This document shows positions 9,213-18,666 of a stretch of 64,000 bases of DNA, piece after piece. The position numbers were made by a program, and so were the translations under genes. The stretch lies in NCBI GenBank assembly GCA_963662465.1, contig OY759599.1, positions 2,176,001 to 2,240,000 on the forward strand, read 5' to 3'. The first letter of the stretch is position 1. The number at the start of each line of letters is the position of its first letter. Under the pieces are notes generated by a model. It was not told the DNA's origin and did no database searches. It saw only the letters and a program-made list of their open reading frames with translations. Source of the DNA: Desulfatiglandales bacterium (GTDB lineage Bacteria; Desulfobacterota; DSM-4660; Desulfatiglandales; Desulfatiglandaceae).

Positions 9213-11609
9213 TCAAAGGTTCTCCAGCGCCTGCTTGATATCCCGCAGGAGATCCTCTTTCCTGAAGTCCCCTTTTTGGATAATCTTCTCGATGTTGCCG
9301 TTGAGATACCCCACCTCTTCCCGGGTCAACTCCTTGGCCGAGACGATCATAATCGGGATGCCCTTGGTCCTCTCGGACTTTTTCAGATGGCGGATCACCT
9401 CAAAGCCGTCGATTTCCGGCATCATCAGGTCCAGGATGATCAGATCAGGGCTTTTCTCCTCTATGCCGGCCAGTCCTTCCTTTCCGCCGTAAGCCTTTCT
9501 GATGGTATAGCCATCTTCCTCACCGATGTACCGGGCTACGAGTTCCACGGCCTTGGGGTCATCGTCAATCACCAGGATATCGCGGATATCAAACCGCTTC
9601 TCCAATCGGCGGAGTTCATCGATCAACCGGGTTTTATCCACGGGCTTGACCAGATATTCAACGGCCCCCAGGGACAGGCCCAGTTCGCGGTTATCGACCA
9701 TGGAGATACAGATGACCGGGATGGTTTGCGTGAGGGGATCGTCCTTGAGCATATGCAGGATGTCCCAGCCGTCCTTGCCCGGCATAATCACATCCAGGGT
9801 GATGGCAAAGGGCCGGTATTTCCGGACCAGTTCCATGGCCTCCAGGCCGCTGTAGGCCTGCATGACCTCATACCCTTCGCTTTTCAGATAGGTCCTGAGG
9901 ATCTCCTGAGCCTCATATTCATCGTCAATGGTGAGGACCAGTTTCCTGGAGGGATCCAACTGTCCCGATGACATTAACGACCGGCCTTTTGATGACGGCA
10001 TCTCATTCAGGGGGAGGGTAAAGCGGAATCGGGAACCCTTTCCGTACTCGCTTTCGGCCCAGATCCTTCCTTCCATCATCTCCACCATCTTTTTGGAAAT
10101 GGCAAGCCCCAGGCCGGTGCCGGCCGGTTTTTCCTTTAAGGGACCCTCAAGCTGCTTGAATTCATCAAATATGTCCGCCAGATGCTCGGGTTTGATCCCG
10201 ATCCCGGTATCGGTTACGCTGAACTGGATTGTTGATGGTTGATTGGTGATTGTCGATTGCCCTTCGGTTGCCGATTGAAGGTCCTTGATTTCGCTATTCA
10301 CTTCCAGCAGGACACGTCCGGACTCCGTGAACTTAATGGCGTTTGAAAGAAGATTGATGAGGACCTGTTTGATGCGATTTTTGTCATGAAACAGGGTCGC
10401 GGGCAGACCCTCGGAGAGGGCCACCTGAAGGGTCAGCCCCTTTTCTTCCGCCAGAGGCGAGATCATTTTCTCTACCATTTGGATCAGGTCTTCCAGCTCG
10501 AAAACGGCGGGGACAATCTCGATCTTCCCCGCCTCAATCTTGGAGAGATCCAGAATATCGTTGATCAGCCCCAGGAGGTGTTTGGCGCTGTCATAAACCA
10601 TGGTGAGTTCTTTTCGCTGCTCATCATTGAGTTCCCCCACGATCCCCTGAAGGATGATGCCCGTAAACCCGATGATGGAATTGAGGGGGGTCCGCAGTTC
10701 ATGGCTCATGTTGGCCAGGAACTGGCTTTTCAGACGGGTGGCCTCTTGAAGTTTCCGGTTCGCCTCCTCCAACGCCCGGGCCTTCAGTTCCAGTTCATGA
10801 CGGCTTTTCTTCAGGCCTTCCTCGCTCTGTTTGAGATCCCTGAAAAGAAGATCGTAAGGTCTCACAAGGCCTGTTTCGATGATGGCCTTGTAAATGAGGT
10901 AAAATGAAATGAGCTTCAAAAAATGCCCTATGAGATTGGAAAGGCCATAGACGCTCACATAGAACGTGAAGGCCAGTTCGGCGCCGATGGTGAGGATGAT
11001 GGATGCTGCCAGCAACCGGAATACGGCCCTGTCGAAATCCTTGCGTTTCTGATAAAGGGATGCCATGGCGCACAGGAGAAGCATGGAAATGACATACTCG
11101 CTTATCTTTTTAAAAGGCGTCAGGCCCACTCCCTCCACAAAACATTCGGGGAACAGGCGCCCGTGGAAAACAACCCCCAGCAAGACGGCCGTCGCCAGGG
11201 CATAAACGCTGAACATCAGCGCGGGTTTGATCTTTCGATGAACAAACCAGGGCGCCAGAAGAAGGGAAACGCTTTCCATGTATCGGGCGATGATCCACAG
11301 CTGGGTCGGCAGATTGGGGCCATATCCGCTGAACACGCCCATGCCTTTGTACGCCAGGGTATGAACCAGATCGATGCCGCCGATGAACAGGTAGGCAATG
11401 CCGATGAACAAAAAATAGTTGTTTTGCAGCAGTCGACGGACATTCCATGTCACAATGAAGATGGCGCAGGCCACCACAATGCTGAATATCTCAACGAGAC
11501 TGTGAAAGAGCAGATAGCTGTACAGGCCGGCAAGATACAGCCCGAATAGAACCATAACCCCCGAGAGGATGCCCGGGAGCCCGAAACGCACGCCGGATTG
11601 ATTTTCCAT
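9213..11609 (-). CDS. membrane-sensor (MASE3-like) hybrid histidine kinase with two REC domains
   Basis: Multi-TM N-terminus YLLFHSLVEIFSIVVA...HTLAYKGMG; FLANMSHELRTPLN; GTGLGL; start at MENQSG. Confidence 0.9.
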   Translation of the reverse strand: MENQSGVRFGLPGILSGVMVLFGLYLAGLYSYLLFHSLVEIFSIVVACAIFIVTWNVRRLLQNNYFLFIGIAYLFIGGIDLVHTLAYKGMGVFSGYGPNLPTQLWIIARYMESVSLLLAPWFVHRKIKPALMFSVYALATAVLLGVVFHGRLFPECFVEGVGLTPFKKISEYVISMLLLCAMASLYQKRKDFDRAVFRLLAASIILTIGAELAFTFYVSVYGLSNLIGHFLKLISFYLIYKAIIETGLVRPYDLLFRDLKQSEEGLKKSRHELELKARALEEANRKLQEATRLKSQFLANMSHELRTPLNSIIGFTGIILQGIVGELNDEQRKELTMVYDSAKHLLGLINDILDLSKIEAGKIEIVPAVFELEDLIQMVEKMISPLAEEKGLTLQVALSEGLPATLFHDKNRIKQVLINLLSNAIKFTESGRVLLEVNSEIKDLQSATEGQSTITNQPSTIQFSVTDTGIGIKPEHLADIFDEFKQLEGPLKEKPAGTGLGLAISKKMVEMMEGRIWAESEYGKGSRFRFTLPLNEMPSSKGRSLMSSGQLDPSRKLVLTIDDEYEAQEILRTYLKSEGYEVMQAYSGLEAMELVRKYRPFAITLDVIMPGKDGWDILHMLKDDPLTQTIPVICISMVDNRELGLSLGAVEYLVKPVDKTRLIDELRRLEKRFDIRDILVIDDDPKAVELVARYIGEEDGYTIRKAYGGKEGLAGIEEKSPDLIILDLMMPEIDGFEVIRHLKKSERTKGIPIMIVSAKELTREEVGYLNGNIEKIIQKGDFRKEDLLRDIKQALENL

Positions 11610-11726
11610 CTGCTTTTCCCCAATTGGAGATTGATGTTCAAGCATACGCTGTTTTGTTCCTGGATGGCAAGATTCTTTCTTTTCGTGACAGGATTTCAGG
11701 AATAAGGTAATTAAAAGATATTGCTT

Positions 11727-11784
11727 GTAGGGGAAGACCGGTGTATCTGCCCAGTAAAGGGCGAACACACAGGTTCGCCCCTAC
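11727..11784. repeat. GTAG REP doublet
   Basis: GTAGGGGAAGACCGGTGTATCTGCCC...GGGCGAACACACAGGTTCGCCCCTAC, inverted pair of hairpins. Confidence 0.75.
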
Positions 11785-11824
11785 GTCTCCGGCAATCGGA
11801 TCGAGGAAAGGAGCCCTTAAAATC

Positions 11825-13207
11825 ATGGATATCTATGATGTAATCGTAATCGGCGGCGGGCCGGGAGGTTATGTGGCGGCGGCGCGTGCCGCTCAACTGG
11901 GAATGAAAACGGCCCTGGTGGAAAAAGAAGCCCTCGGCGGCACATGCCTGAACTGGGGCTGCATTCCCACAAAATCCCTGCTTCAAAATGCCGAAGTCAT
12001 TCACCTCTTGAGCCGGGGCCGGGTTTTTGGTTTTTCCTTTGACAACCTGGTGGTGGACTACGCCGAGGCTCACAAGCGAAGTCGCCAGGTGGTACTGCGG
12101 CAGAATCGCCGTATAGCAGCCCTCATGAAGAACAGCGGCGTCACCCTCTACGAGGGGACAGCACGCTTTGTCGACCCCGACACCCTCATGGCAGCGCCTT
12201 CCGGCACCGGCCTTCAGGCCGGGCATATGGTCATTGCCACGGGCGCCGCAAGTAGAGAACTCCCCGGCTTTGCCTGTAACGGAGAAAGCATCATCAACTT
12301 CCGACATGCGTTGGAGCTGACCGAAGCACCGAAATCCGCGATCATTGTGGGCGCCGGTCCCATCGGCATGGAGTTTGCCACCCTCTGGAACCGCTACGGT
12401 TGCCGTGTAACGGTGGTGGAGGCCATGGCCCACGCCCTGCCCTTTGAGGATGTCGAGATCAGCATGGCGGCTGAAAAGCAGTTTAAACGAAACGGCATCA
12501 CCCTGAAAACACAAACCCTTGTGGAAACCGTTACCCCCATGGACCGGGGGGTGGCAGTCACCGTAAAAACCGGAGATCAGCATGAAAGGTTAACCGTCGA
12601 TACGGTATTGGCGGCCATTGGTTTTACGCCCAACTGCGAATCTCTGGACCTGGACAAAGCCGGTGTGCTTCTCTCAAAAGGCGCCATCCAGGTAGATGAA
12701 TCCATGCGAACCAATGTGCCGCACATTTATGCCATCGGCGATGTGACTGCCAAGATGGGCCTGGCGCACGTGGCTTCGGCCCAGGGCATGATTGCGGCGG
12801 AGACCATCGCAGGCAACGCCGCTGCCCCGCTTAATTATACCGATATCCCTCGATGCATTTATGCCCACCCGGAGGTGGCTTCCGTGGGACTGACTGAGGC
12901 CCGTGCCCGAGAACTGGGCCATGAGGTGATCACCGTTCGTTCTCCATTCGCGGGAAACGGCAAGGCGGCAGCCATGGATGACAACGGCGGTTTTGCCAAA
13001 ATCGTGGCCGACGCTGAAAGCCATAAAATCCTCGGCGTACACCTGGTGGGCGGGCATGTCACGGAGCTGGTGGCGGGCGCCGCGGGAATGATGGCCCTGG
13101 ATGCGACCACCGAGCAAATGGCCGATACGGTGTATCCACACCCAACCCTGAGCGAAGCGCTCATGGAGGCGGCTCATGCACTTTGCGGCCATGCCATCCA
13201 TATTTAG
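11825..13207 (+). CDS. lpdA: dihydrolipoyl dehydrogenase
   Basis: GGGPGGYVAA, GGTCLNWGCIPTK redox disulfide, HPTLSE C-terminal motif. Confidence 0.9.
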   Translation: MDIYDVIVIGGGPGGYVAAARAAQLGMKTALVEKEALGGTCLNWGCIPTKSLLQNAEVIHLLSRGRVFGFSFDNLVVDYAEAHKRSRQVVLRQNRRIAALMKNSGVTLYEGTARFVDPDTLMAAPSGTGLQAGHMVIATGAASRELPGFACNGESIINFRHALELTEAPKSAIIVGAGPIGMEFATLWNRYGCRVTVVEAMAHALPFEDVEISMAAEKQFKRNGITLKTQTLVETVTPMDRGVAVTVKTGDQHERLTVDTVLAAIGFTPNCESLDLDKAGVLLSKGAIQVDESMRTNVPHIYAIGDVTAKMGLAHVASAQGMIAAETIAGNAAAPLNYTDIPRCIYAHPEVASVGLTEARARELGHEVITVRSPFAGNGKAAAMDDNGGFAKIVADAESHKILGVHLVGGHVTELVAGAAGMMALDATTEQMADTVYPHPTLSEALMEAAHALCGHAIHI

Positions 13208-13254
13208 CAACGATGATCAAGGCCAAAATGCGTCATAGATAGGTCAAACACAGT

Positions 13255-16224
13255 TCAAGGCGTTATGGTTACCATTTGCAGTATGAGTGACCCCTGCGGT
13301 GCAGCTGGGGCTGTGCGCAGGATGGTGTCGCGGTTTTGTGTTTCGAAAGAGGAATCCCACCCCCCTTGGAGCGTGAGTACCTTGGACTGATTCAGGGTAA
13401 TCGTTTCCGTATAAGTTCCTTCGGCAATTCGTATGACCGATCCGCTTGTTGTTGCCGAAGCGTTGATAGCTTCCTGAATTAAAGAGAAACATGGGAGGTT
13501 ATCACCGCAAGTTCCCGTGGTGCTGACGAACACCAGTGGGGAAGACCCGCTGAAGTTAGCCGTGGCCGTTGCAGCGGCGCTCATGAGCAGGGTTGTTACG
13601 GGAGACTGGACGTTATAAACCAGGGCATTCGCTGAAACGGTCCAGTTTACGAATGTAAAGCCGGCGGACGCGCTTGCGGAAACAACAAGGGGTGTATAGG
13701 TGTTGTTTGTACCGGCGACCGGGCTGGTCACTCCTCCGGAGGCGGGACTGGCGGCCATGGTGAGGGCATATTGCCCGGCGGTACCAGCGCAGCGTGCCCA
13801 GACCAGGTCCATAAAATTCGGCGCCCCCGAAGCATATATAACGGTCGAGGCGGCGTTCGCCGTGCTGTTGGGATGAGAGTCGCCCGAGTCGCCGCCGTAA
13901 GCGGCCTTCAGCATGTTCGAGTATGTGGCGCCTGCATCGGCATTGGCCAGGATGTCGAACCAGTCGAAAATCTCGACATTGTTGAGACCGGTCCTGGTTT
14001 TGTAGCCTGGCAGCCAGGTTTGCTTGAGCCAGTCGTTGAAGGTCCTGGCATTGTCGCCGGTGGCGGCCGTCGCGTCGGCATAGCATTCAGGCGGGGCCGT
14101 GACCGGGATAAAGAGCGTATCGGGGTTGGCGGCAAAAATGTCTTCAAGGGCATAATAGCTGTGACCGTTGTGGGGGTAGACCGTTCCGGCGCCGGATGCG
14201 TTCCTGAACACCGCCTGGTAATTGACAATGGTGTGGGCCGAGTCGAACGGGTCCCCGGGAAGGGTTCCCGTCTCCTCGATATGGCTGTTCGGGAAGCAGC
14301 TCTTGAACATAATGATCTTGTTGGTTCCGGCGGCACATTGAAAGGTCTTTACGGAAGCGAGATAGTCGTTGAACCAGTAGAGCCAATCCGACATGTCTGT
14401 GAGATCCCCAGGAGTTGCTCCAAGGGAGACGGGGCGCCCCGCATCCGGCGCCACCACATCGCCGTATGTGACCTCATTGACCTCATCGATATAAGACTTG
14501 GCTTCCAGAGCGACCCTGAGACTGTTGTCAAGCCAGTTCTGCCCGCAGGAATGATGGATGAACATCAGATTGCAGGTTGCAGGGCTCACTCCTACCACGC
14601 CCTCATAGGCGCCCATGTCCACGGTGCCCCCCTGGATTCGAGTCTGCCCCGCAATATCGGTGGTGAGTGTTCCAGGAACAGCCTCATTGGACCCGGTATT
14701 CATCGAGGGACTGCCCACGGTCAAATGGAGGCCGTCGTCGAGGGTTCCATAAACACCGTCCGCTCCCGGAGGATTTGAGGCATTGAAAAACAAGGGATTT
14801 TCATTGATGCAGTCGGTCCCGAAATAGGTTTCTCCGGTTCCCCCCTCAATGTTCGAGTAGGTGGCCTGCGCAGGACCGGCCGCAAAGACGCTGATGGCGT
14901 TCGGGGTGTTGCCCCTGTACACTTCATTGTACAGCGATGCCACATGGGCCGCGGCTTCCGCGTAATAGGTCATGCCGCCGCCATCCGATGCCCTGTTGTT
15001 GTAGAAGGTGTTGTTGATGAGGTTCGCACCGCCGGCGTTGGCGCTCAAGGAAAGTCCGCCGCCCGACCCTTCGGTAAGCCCCGCCTGGTTGTTCACGAAG
15101 AGGTTTTGAACAATGTTCGCGCGGGTGATACCGGTTTCGAGAAAAACGAACGCTCCGCCGCCCATTCCGGAGTTCTGATTTCCGGCAAAGATATTGCCGA
15201 TCATTTCAAGCGTCCCGCCCAGTGCATCAAGGCTTAAACCGCCGCCGATGCCGTTGGGATCGAGGTTTTTGTTGTTTAGAAATTGATTGCCGTTGATGGT
15301 GAAGTTTCCACCTGCACAATAGACATGCGCTCCTCCTCCGTAGATCTGAATTGGGACCCCTTCCGGTAGCGGCCCGGCGGTATTTCCAGAAAAGGTGTTT
15401 CCCCGGATGATGATGGTGTTGTTTTGATGGAGTAGGTGGAGCGACATCCCGCCGGCGCCTTCGTAGGAGAGATTGTTGTTGATGGTGTTGTTCTCGATGG
15501 TGAAGCTGTGTCCCGACCCTGATGTGCCAAGGTGGTAAATCATCAAACCTGCGCCGTCGCAATTCCCGATGGGGCTTAGGTTGTGATTCAACGTATTGTA
15601 GCTGATATCGTTGTTTCGCACGATGGCGTTTCCGGCTGCCGTTTCCGAGTCGAAATAAAGATAGAGGCCGCATCCGTCGTCAGCTGTTCCCTCATCGCAG
15701 GAATTGTGGGTGAACGAAGAATTTGTCACGGTAAGATCGCCGTTCTCCCCCCCAATCCATGCACCTCCGGTATTCTTGACGGACGTGCTGCCTGTCACGA
15801 CACACCGGTCGATTGTAATTGCGCCATCCGCGCTGTTGTTGGCGAACAACGCGCCCCCCAGACCGCCCACGGCGCCGTTTCTGCCATTTTGCAGGGTCAA
15901 ACCGCTTATGGATATATCACCGCTTCCAGTTCCTGTCAGGTTCATGATCTGGACTGAACTCCCACCGTCGAGAATGGTGGCGGAAGCGGCTGCGCCCACA
16001 AGGGTAAGATCAAAATTCTGGGTTGTGTCATAAGTCAGGGTCAAGCCGATGTTGTAGGTCCCGGCCGAGACATTGATGGTGTCGTTCTGGCCGTTCGCCT
16101 GAGCAGTGGTGAGTGCGGTCTGAAATTGGAGGGGTGTGGCGACATTGAAGGTTGCGGCCTGAAGCCCTGTTGAAAAATAAAATAAGGATGCCGGTATTAC
16201 ACTCCAGATCAGTATCTTAAACAT
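13255..16224 (-). CDS. large secreted multidomain protein: right-handed beta-helix, choice-of-anchor-Q-like segment, SGNH-like domain, B-repeat-like domain
   Basis: Signal peptide; N/G-rich FxxN...GGG repeats; DMGAYE; FIHHSCG...DSHPN; GFTFVNW. Confidence 0.75.
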   Translation of the reverse strand: MFKILIWSVIPASLFYFSTGLQAATFNVATPLQFQTALTTAQANGQNDTINVSAGTYNIGLTLTYDTTQNFDLTLVGAAASATILDGGSSVQIMNLTGTGSGDISISGLTLQNGRNGAVGGLGGALFANNSADGAITIDRCVVTGSTSVKNTGGAWIGGENGDLTVTNSSFTHNSCDEGTADDGCGLYLYFDSETAAGNAIVRNNDISYNTLNHNLSPIGNCDGAGLMIYHLGTSGSGHSFTIENNTINNNLSYEGAGGMSLHLLHQNNTIIIRGNTFSGNTAGPLPEGVPIQIYGGGAHVYCAGGNFTINGNQFLNNKNLDPNGIGGGLSLDALGGTLEMIGNIFAGNQNSGMGGGAFVFLETGITRANIVQNLFVNNQAGLTEGSGGGLSLSANAGGANLINNTFYNNRASDGGGMTYYAEAAAHVASLYNEVYRGNTPNAISVFAAGPAQATYSNIEGGTGETYFGTDCINENPLFFNASNPPGADGVYGTLDDGLHLTVGSPSMNTGSNEAVPGTLTTDIAGQTRIQGGTVDMGAYEGVVGVSPATCNLMFIHHSCGQNWLDNSLRVALEAKSYIDEVNEVTYGDVVAPDAGRPVSLGATPGDLTDMSDWLYWFNDYLASVKTFQCAAGTNKIIMFKSCFPNSHIEETGTLPGDPFDSAHTIVNYQAVFRNASGAGTVYPHNGHSYYALEDIFAANPDTLFIPVTAPPECYADATAATGDNARTFNDWLKQTWLPGYKTRTGLNNVEIFDWFDILANADAGATYSNMLKAAYGGDSGDSHPNSTANAASTVIYASGAPNFMDLVWARCAGTAGQYALTMAASPASGGVTSPVAGTNNTYTPLVVSASASAGFTFVNWTVSANALVYNVQSPVTTLLMSAAATATANFSGSSPLVFVSTTGTCGDNLPCFSLIQEAINASATTSGSVIRIAEGTYTETITLNQSKVLTLQGGWDSSFETQNRDTILRTAPAAPQGSLILQMVTITP

Positions 16225-16415
16225 TTCACCCTCCTTCATAAATCTTGAGTATCACTTCATCCAATGAATACCGATTTTTAACCATTTGTAAAGCAAAAAA
16301 ATCAAAATATGGTGGACCCGATGGTCAAGACAGTTTTTTTTGAAATCATAAGATACGAGGGCTGGCTGGATACCACGAAACTCTTAATCCTGGATGAATT
16401 ATACAAAATGCCGGG

Positions 16416-16444
16416 GTGGAAATTCGCAGGGGGTTCGACTATTT
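16416..16444 (+). repeat. 29-bp direct repeat, copy 1
   Basis: GTGGAAATTCGCAGGGGGTTCGACTATTT, identical at 17536-17564. Confidence 0.9.
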
Positions 16445-16689
16445 GGGTCTTCGCGGATTAACGTGAAAAAGAGAATTTTGTTGTTCTCTCGGGCTGGTTC
16501 CCATGCTCTGCGTGGGAACCTACCTTGGACGCTCCCGCGTCCGACAATTCGTCTTTTGAACCGCTACAGGCCCATTTCTTAGGGGTCCAACCGAGACGCA
16601 GAGCGTCCGAAAACCGTTCCCACGCAGAGAATGGGAACGAGTGCGAAAGCGAAGTCAGTAGCGATTTTCACGTTAATCCGCGATGAGCC
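16445..16689. mobile_element. MITE with 25-bp TIRs and GTTCCCACGCAGAG-type REP cargo
   Basis: GGGTCTTCGCGGATTAACGTGAAAA ... TTTTCACGTTAATCCGCGATGAGCC; inverted partial copy at 46481-46681. Confidence 0.8.
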
Positions 16690-16744
16690 AAATTACTTAA
16701 CCCTGCCGGCCTCAATGGGTTATTGAGAACTTTGGGCTCTCAAA

Positions 16745-17122
16745 TCATGAATAAAGATTAACGATTTTGAGCCCTTTTTTCCGATACAACTCAAAATGCG
16801 AATCGGTGGTATAGATTTCGGTACAGCCAGGCACTAAAAGTGAACTCAGGATTAATGCATCAAGCCCCGGTATGCCGGTACCGTGACCGATATGGCTTGC
16901 CTTTAGAGCAGTTTCCTTATTAACGGGCATAACATCCACGGCTTCGCTGATATCCGAAATAATCGTTGGCCATCCCTTAAATCCCCCTTTTAGAAGCTTT
17001 TTTTGGAGTTCGTACAAAACGATGACCGACGTTATTGTTTCACGTTCCCGCCAGATACGGAGCGTTACCGGGTTTTGATCCTGTAGTGCAAAGAAAAACC
17101 CGGCATCAAGACCTGTCAGCAT
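16745..17122 (-). CDS. PIN-domain (VapC-like) toxin
   Basis: LDAGFF...VLYEL...DALIL...TTDSHF acidic PIN motif; overlaps upstream small gene. Confidence 0.85.
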   Translation of the reverse strand: MLTGLDAGFFFALQDQNPVTLRIWRERETITSVIVLYELQKKLLKGGFKGWPTIISDISEAVDVMPVNKETALKASHIGHGTGIPGLDALILSSLLVPGCTEIYTTDSHFELYRKKGLKIVNLYS

Positions 17123-17375
17123 CTGCTCCCGTCCTTTCCCCGTGAATATCTTCCCAGTTCCCAAGAGGTTTTTCCTTTACAAGAATGTTTAGCACACGTT
17201 TTTTGGCTGCATTCCTTTGGTTGTCCTCCATATCCTTTTTCAGGGATTCAATAAACTTGTCCATGCCGATGACGGCCGCCTGCTGGATACTGGAAATTTT
17301 TCCCGCAGTTTGGAGTTCCCTGAGAGCTTTCCATATTTCGAATGGTATTCGGATGGTTACTCGTTTATCTTGCAT
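17106..17375 (-). CDS. putative antitoxin (RHH-like N-terminus)
   Basis: KRVTIRIPFEIWKAL beta-alpha pattern; directly upstream of the PIN gene. Confidence 0.7.
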   Translation of the reverse strand: MQDKRVTIRIPFEIWKALRELQTAGKISSIQQAAVIGMDKFIESLKKDMEDNQRNAAKKRVLNILVKEKPLGNWEDIHGERTGADADRS

Positions 17376-17535
17376 TCTTTCTCCTTTCCATCAGATGTAA
17401 ATACACCCTAACACCATAACACGGAAACACTAATATGATCAATTTTTTTCCAGCAATTCTCATTAAGTTGAAGATAAGGTTTTAGGTGTCCGATCCGGAG
17501 AATCAAGACGCTGACTCCCTGGACAGAAGAAAGGA

Positions 17536-17564
17536 GTGGAAATTCGCAGGGGGTTCGACTATTT
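17536..17564 (+). repeat. 29-bp direct repeat, copy 2
   Basis: Identical to 16416-16444. Confidence 0.9.
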
Positions 17565-17730
17565 AAAATCGCTGCTGATTTGATTCCCGGCATCGGAGAT
17601 ATCAGGAAATCGGTTTCTATAAGATGCCCTCTTTTTTGATTTGACAGAGGCATTCTCTCAGGGTATAAAATCATTATCTAAGTTTAGGCAACATTCATTA
17701 TATAAAAATAGGCACTTCGGAGAAAAACCA

Positions 17731-18281
17731 ATGGATATCCGCTTTCTCCCCCATAATACACATCTTGAAGATCCTGATTCGTTCGCGGTGCGAGACCCCC
17801 ATTTGAGACAGCTGCGGATGCAGCCACTGGTTCACCGGTCCCACCTTCTCGCGGAACTCCCATTTCATAACCCCGGAATTTACACAATCGGGGGCGGGGG
17901 TCAGATCGGCAAGAGACCTTAATGAAGCAATGGATGGCGCTTCTCCTCGAGGACGGTGTAGCGCCGGAAAGGATCGCATATTTCACCGGCGAACTGATTG
18001 ATGATCATCATTCCCTGGTACGTCTGGTCGGGGACACCTTGAATGCCATGTAAGGAGAGGTTGACCTTGCCTACATCGCCCAAAATTACTTCCGGCCTGT
18101 GGAGGTAAAATGGGCAGGACAGCTCCGACCAAAGGATCTCAAGCAGATCGCCAAATATAACAATGCCCGGATATTGACCAAATCAAAGCAGTTCGGTCAG
18201 ATACTGGGCATCCCCACGGAACCTTTGCCTTTAATGCTTTTCCGCCTCGACGCACGAAAAACGCCACCCGCTAATTGCTAA
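17731..18281 (+). pseudogene. degraded AAA+ ATPase (AAA_14/DUF4143-like) remnant
   Basis: Walker A GGGxQIGK frameshifted near 17915, stop near 18052, then C-terminal EVDL...VEVKW; middle of gene missing. Confidence 0.7.
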
Positions 18282-18469
18282 ATTGCTATTGGAAAATTTG
18301 GGAAGGAAAGCTACATATCACTTTTGGCGATCAAACCTTTTCGGAGGGCATACTGGAGGGTGTAAATTACGGCTGTTGGAGAATTAGGCTGTCAACTGCT
18401 TCAGAGTGTCGGCGGTTTGGCCGTAAGTGGCCACAAAGGTCATAGGTTATAGGATTCTGCCGCCATTTT

Positions 18470-18525
18470 CAATCGCTTTTAAGCTAATGGCTAATAGCTA
18501 ACTGCTAACGGCTGTATTTCCATGG
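18470..18525 (+). repeat. partial copy of GCTAAnn heptamer element
   Basis: CGCTTTTAAGCTAATGGCTAATAGCTAACTGCTAACGGCTGTATTTCCATGG. Confidence 0.75.
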
Positions 18526-18666
18526 TCAACAAGAGCCTCATGAAAGCTACCCCGGCACATAGCATTTGCCATTTTATGAAGCCATCTGGTATGATACATA
18601 CTATAAATGGGTTAGACTGCTACATTCAATCCAACAAATCAAAAACCGTTCAGAGAGGTGCCGGAA

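Noticed and set aside
16427..16441. GGTTCGA as part of a tRNA gene
   Set aside because: No cloverleaf or acceptor stem around either copy
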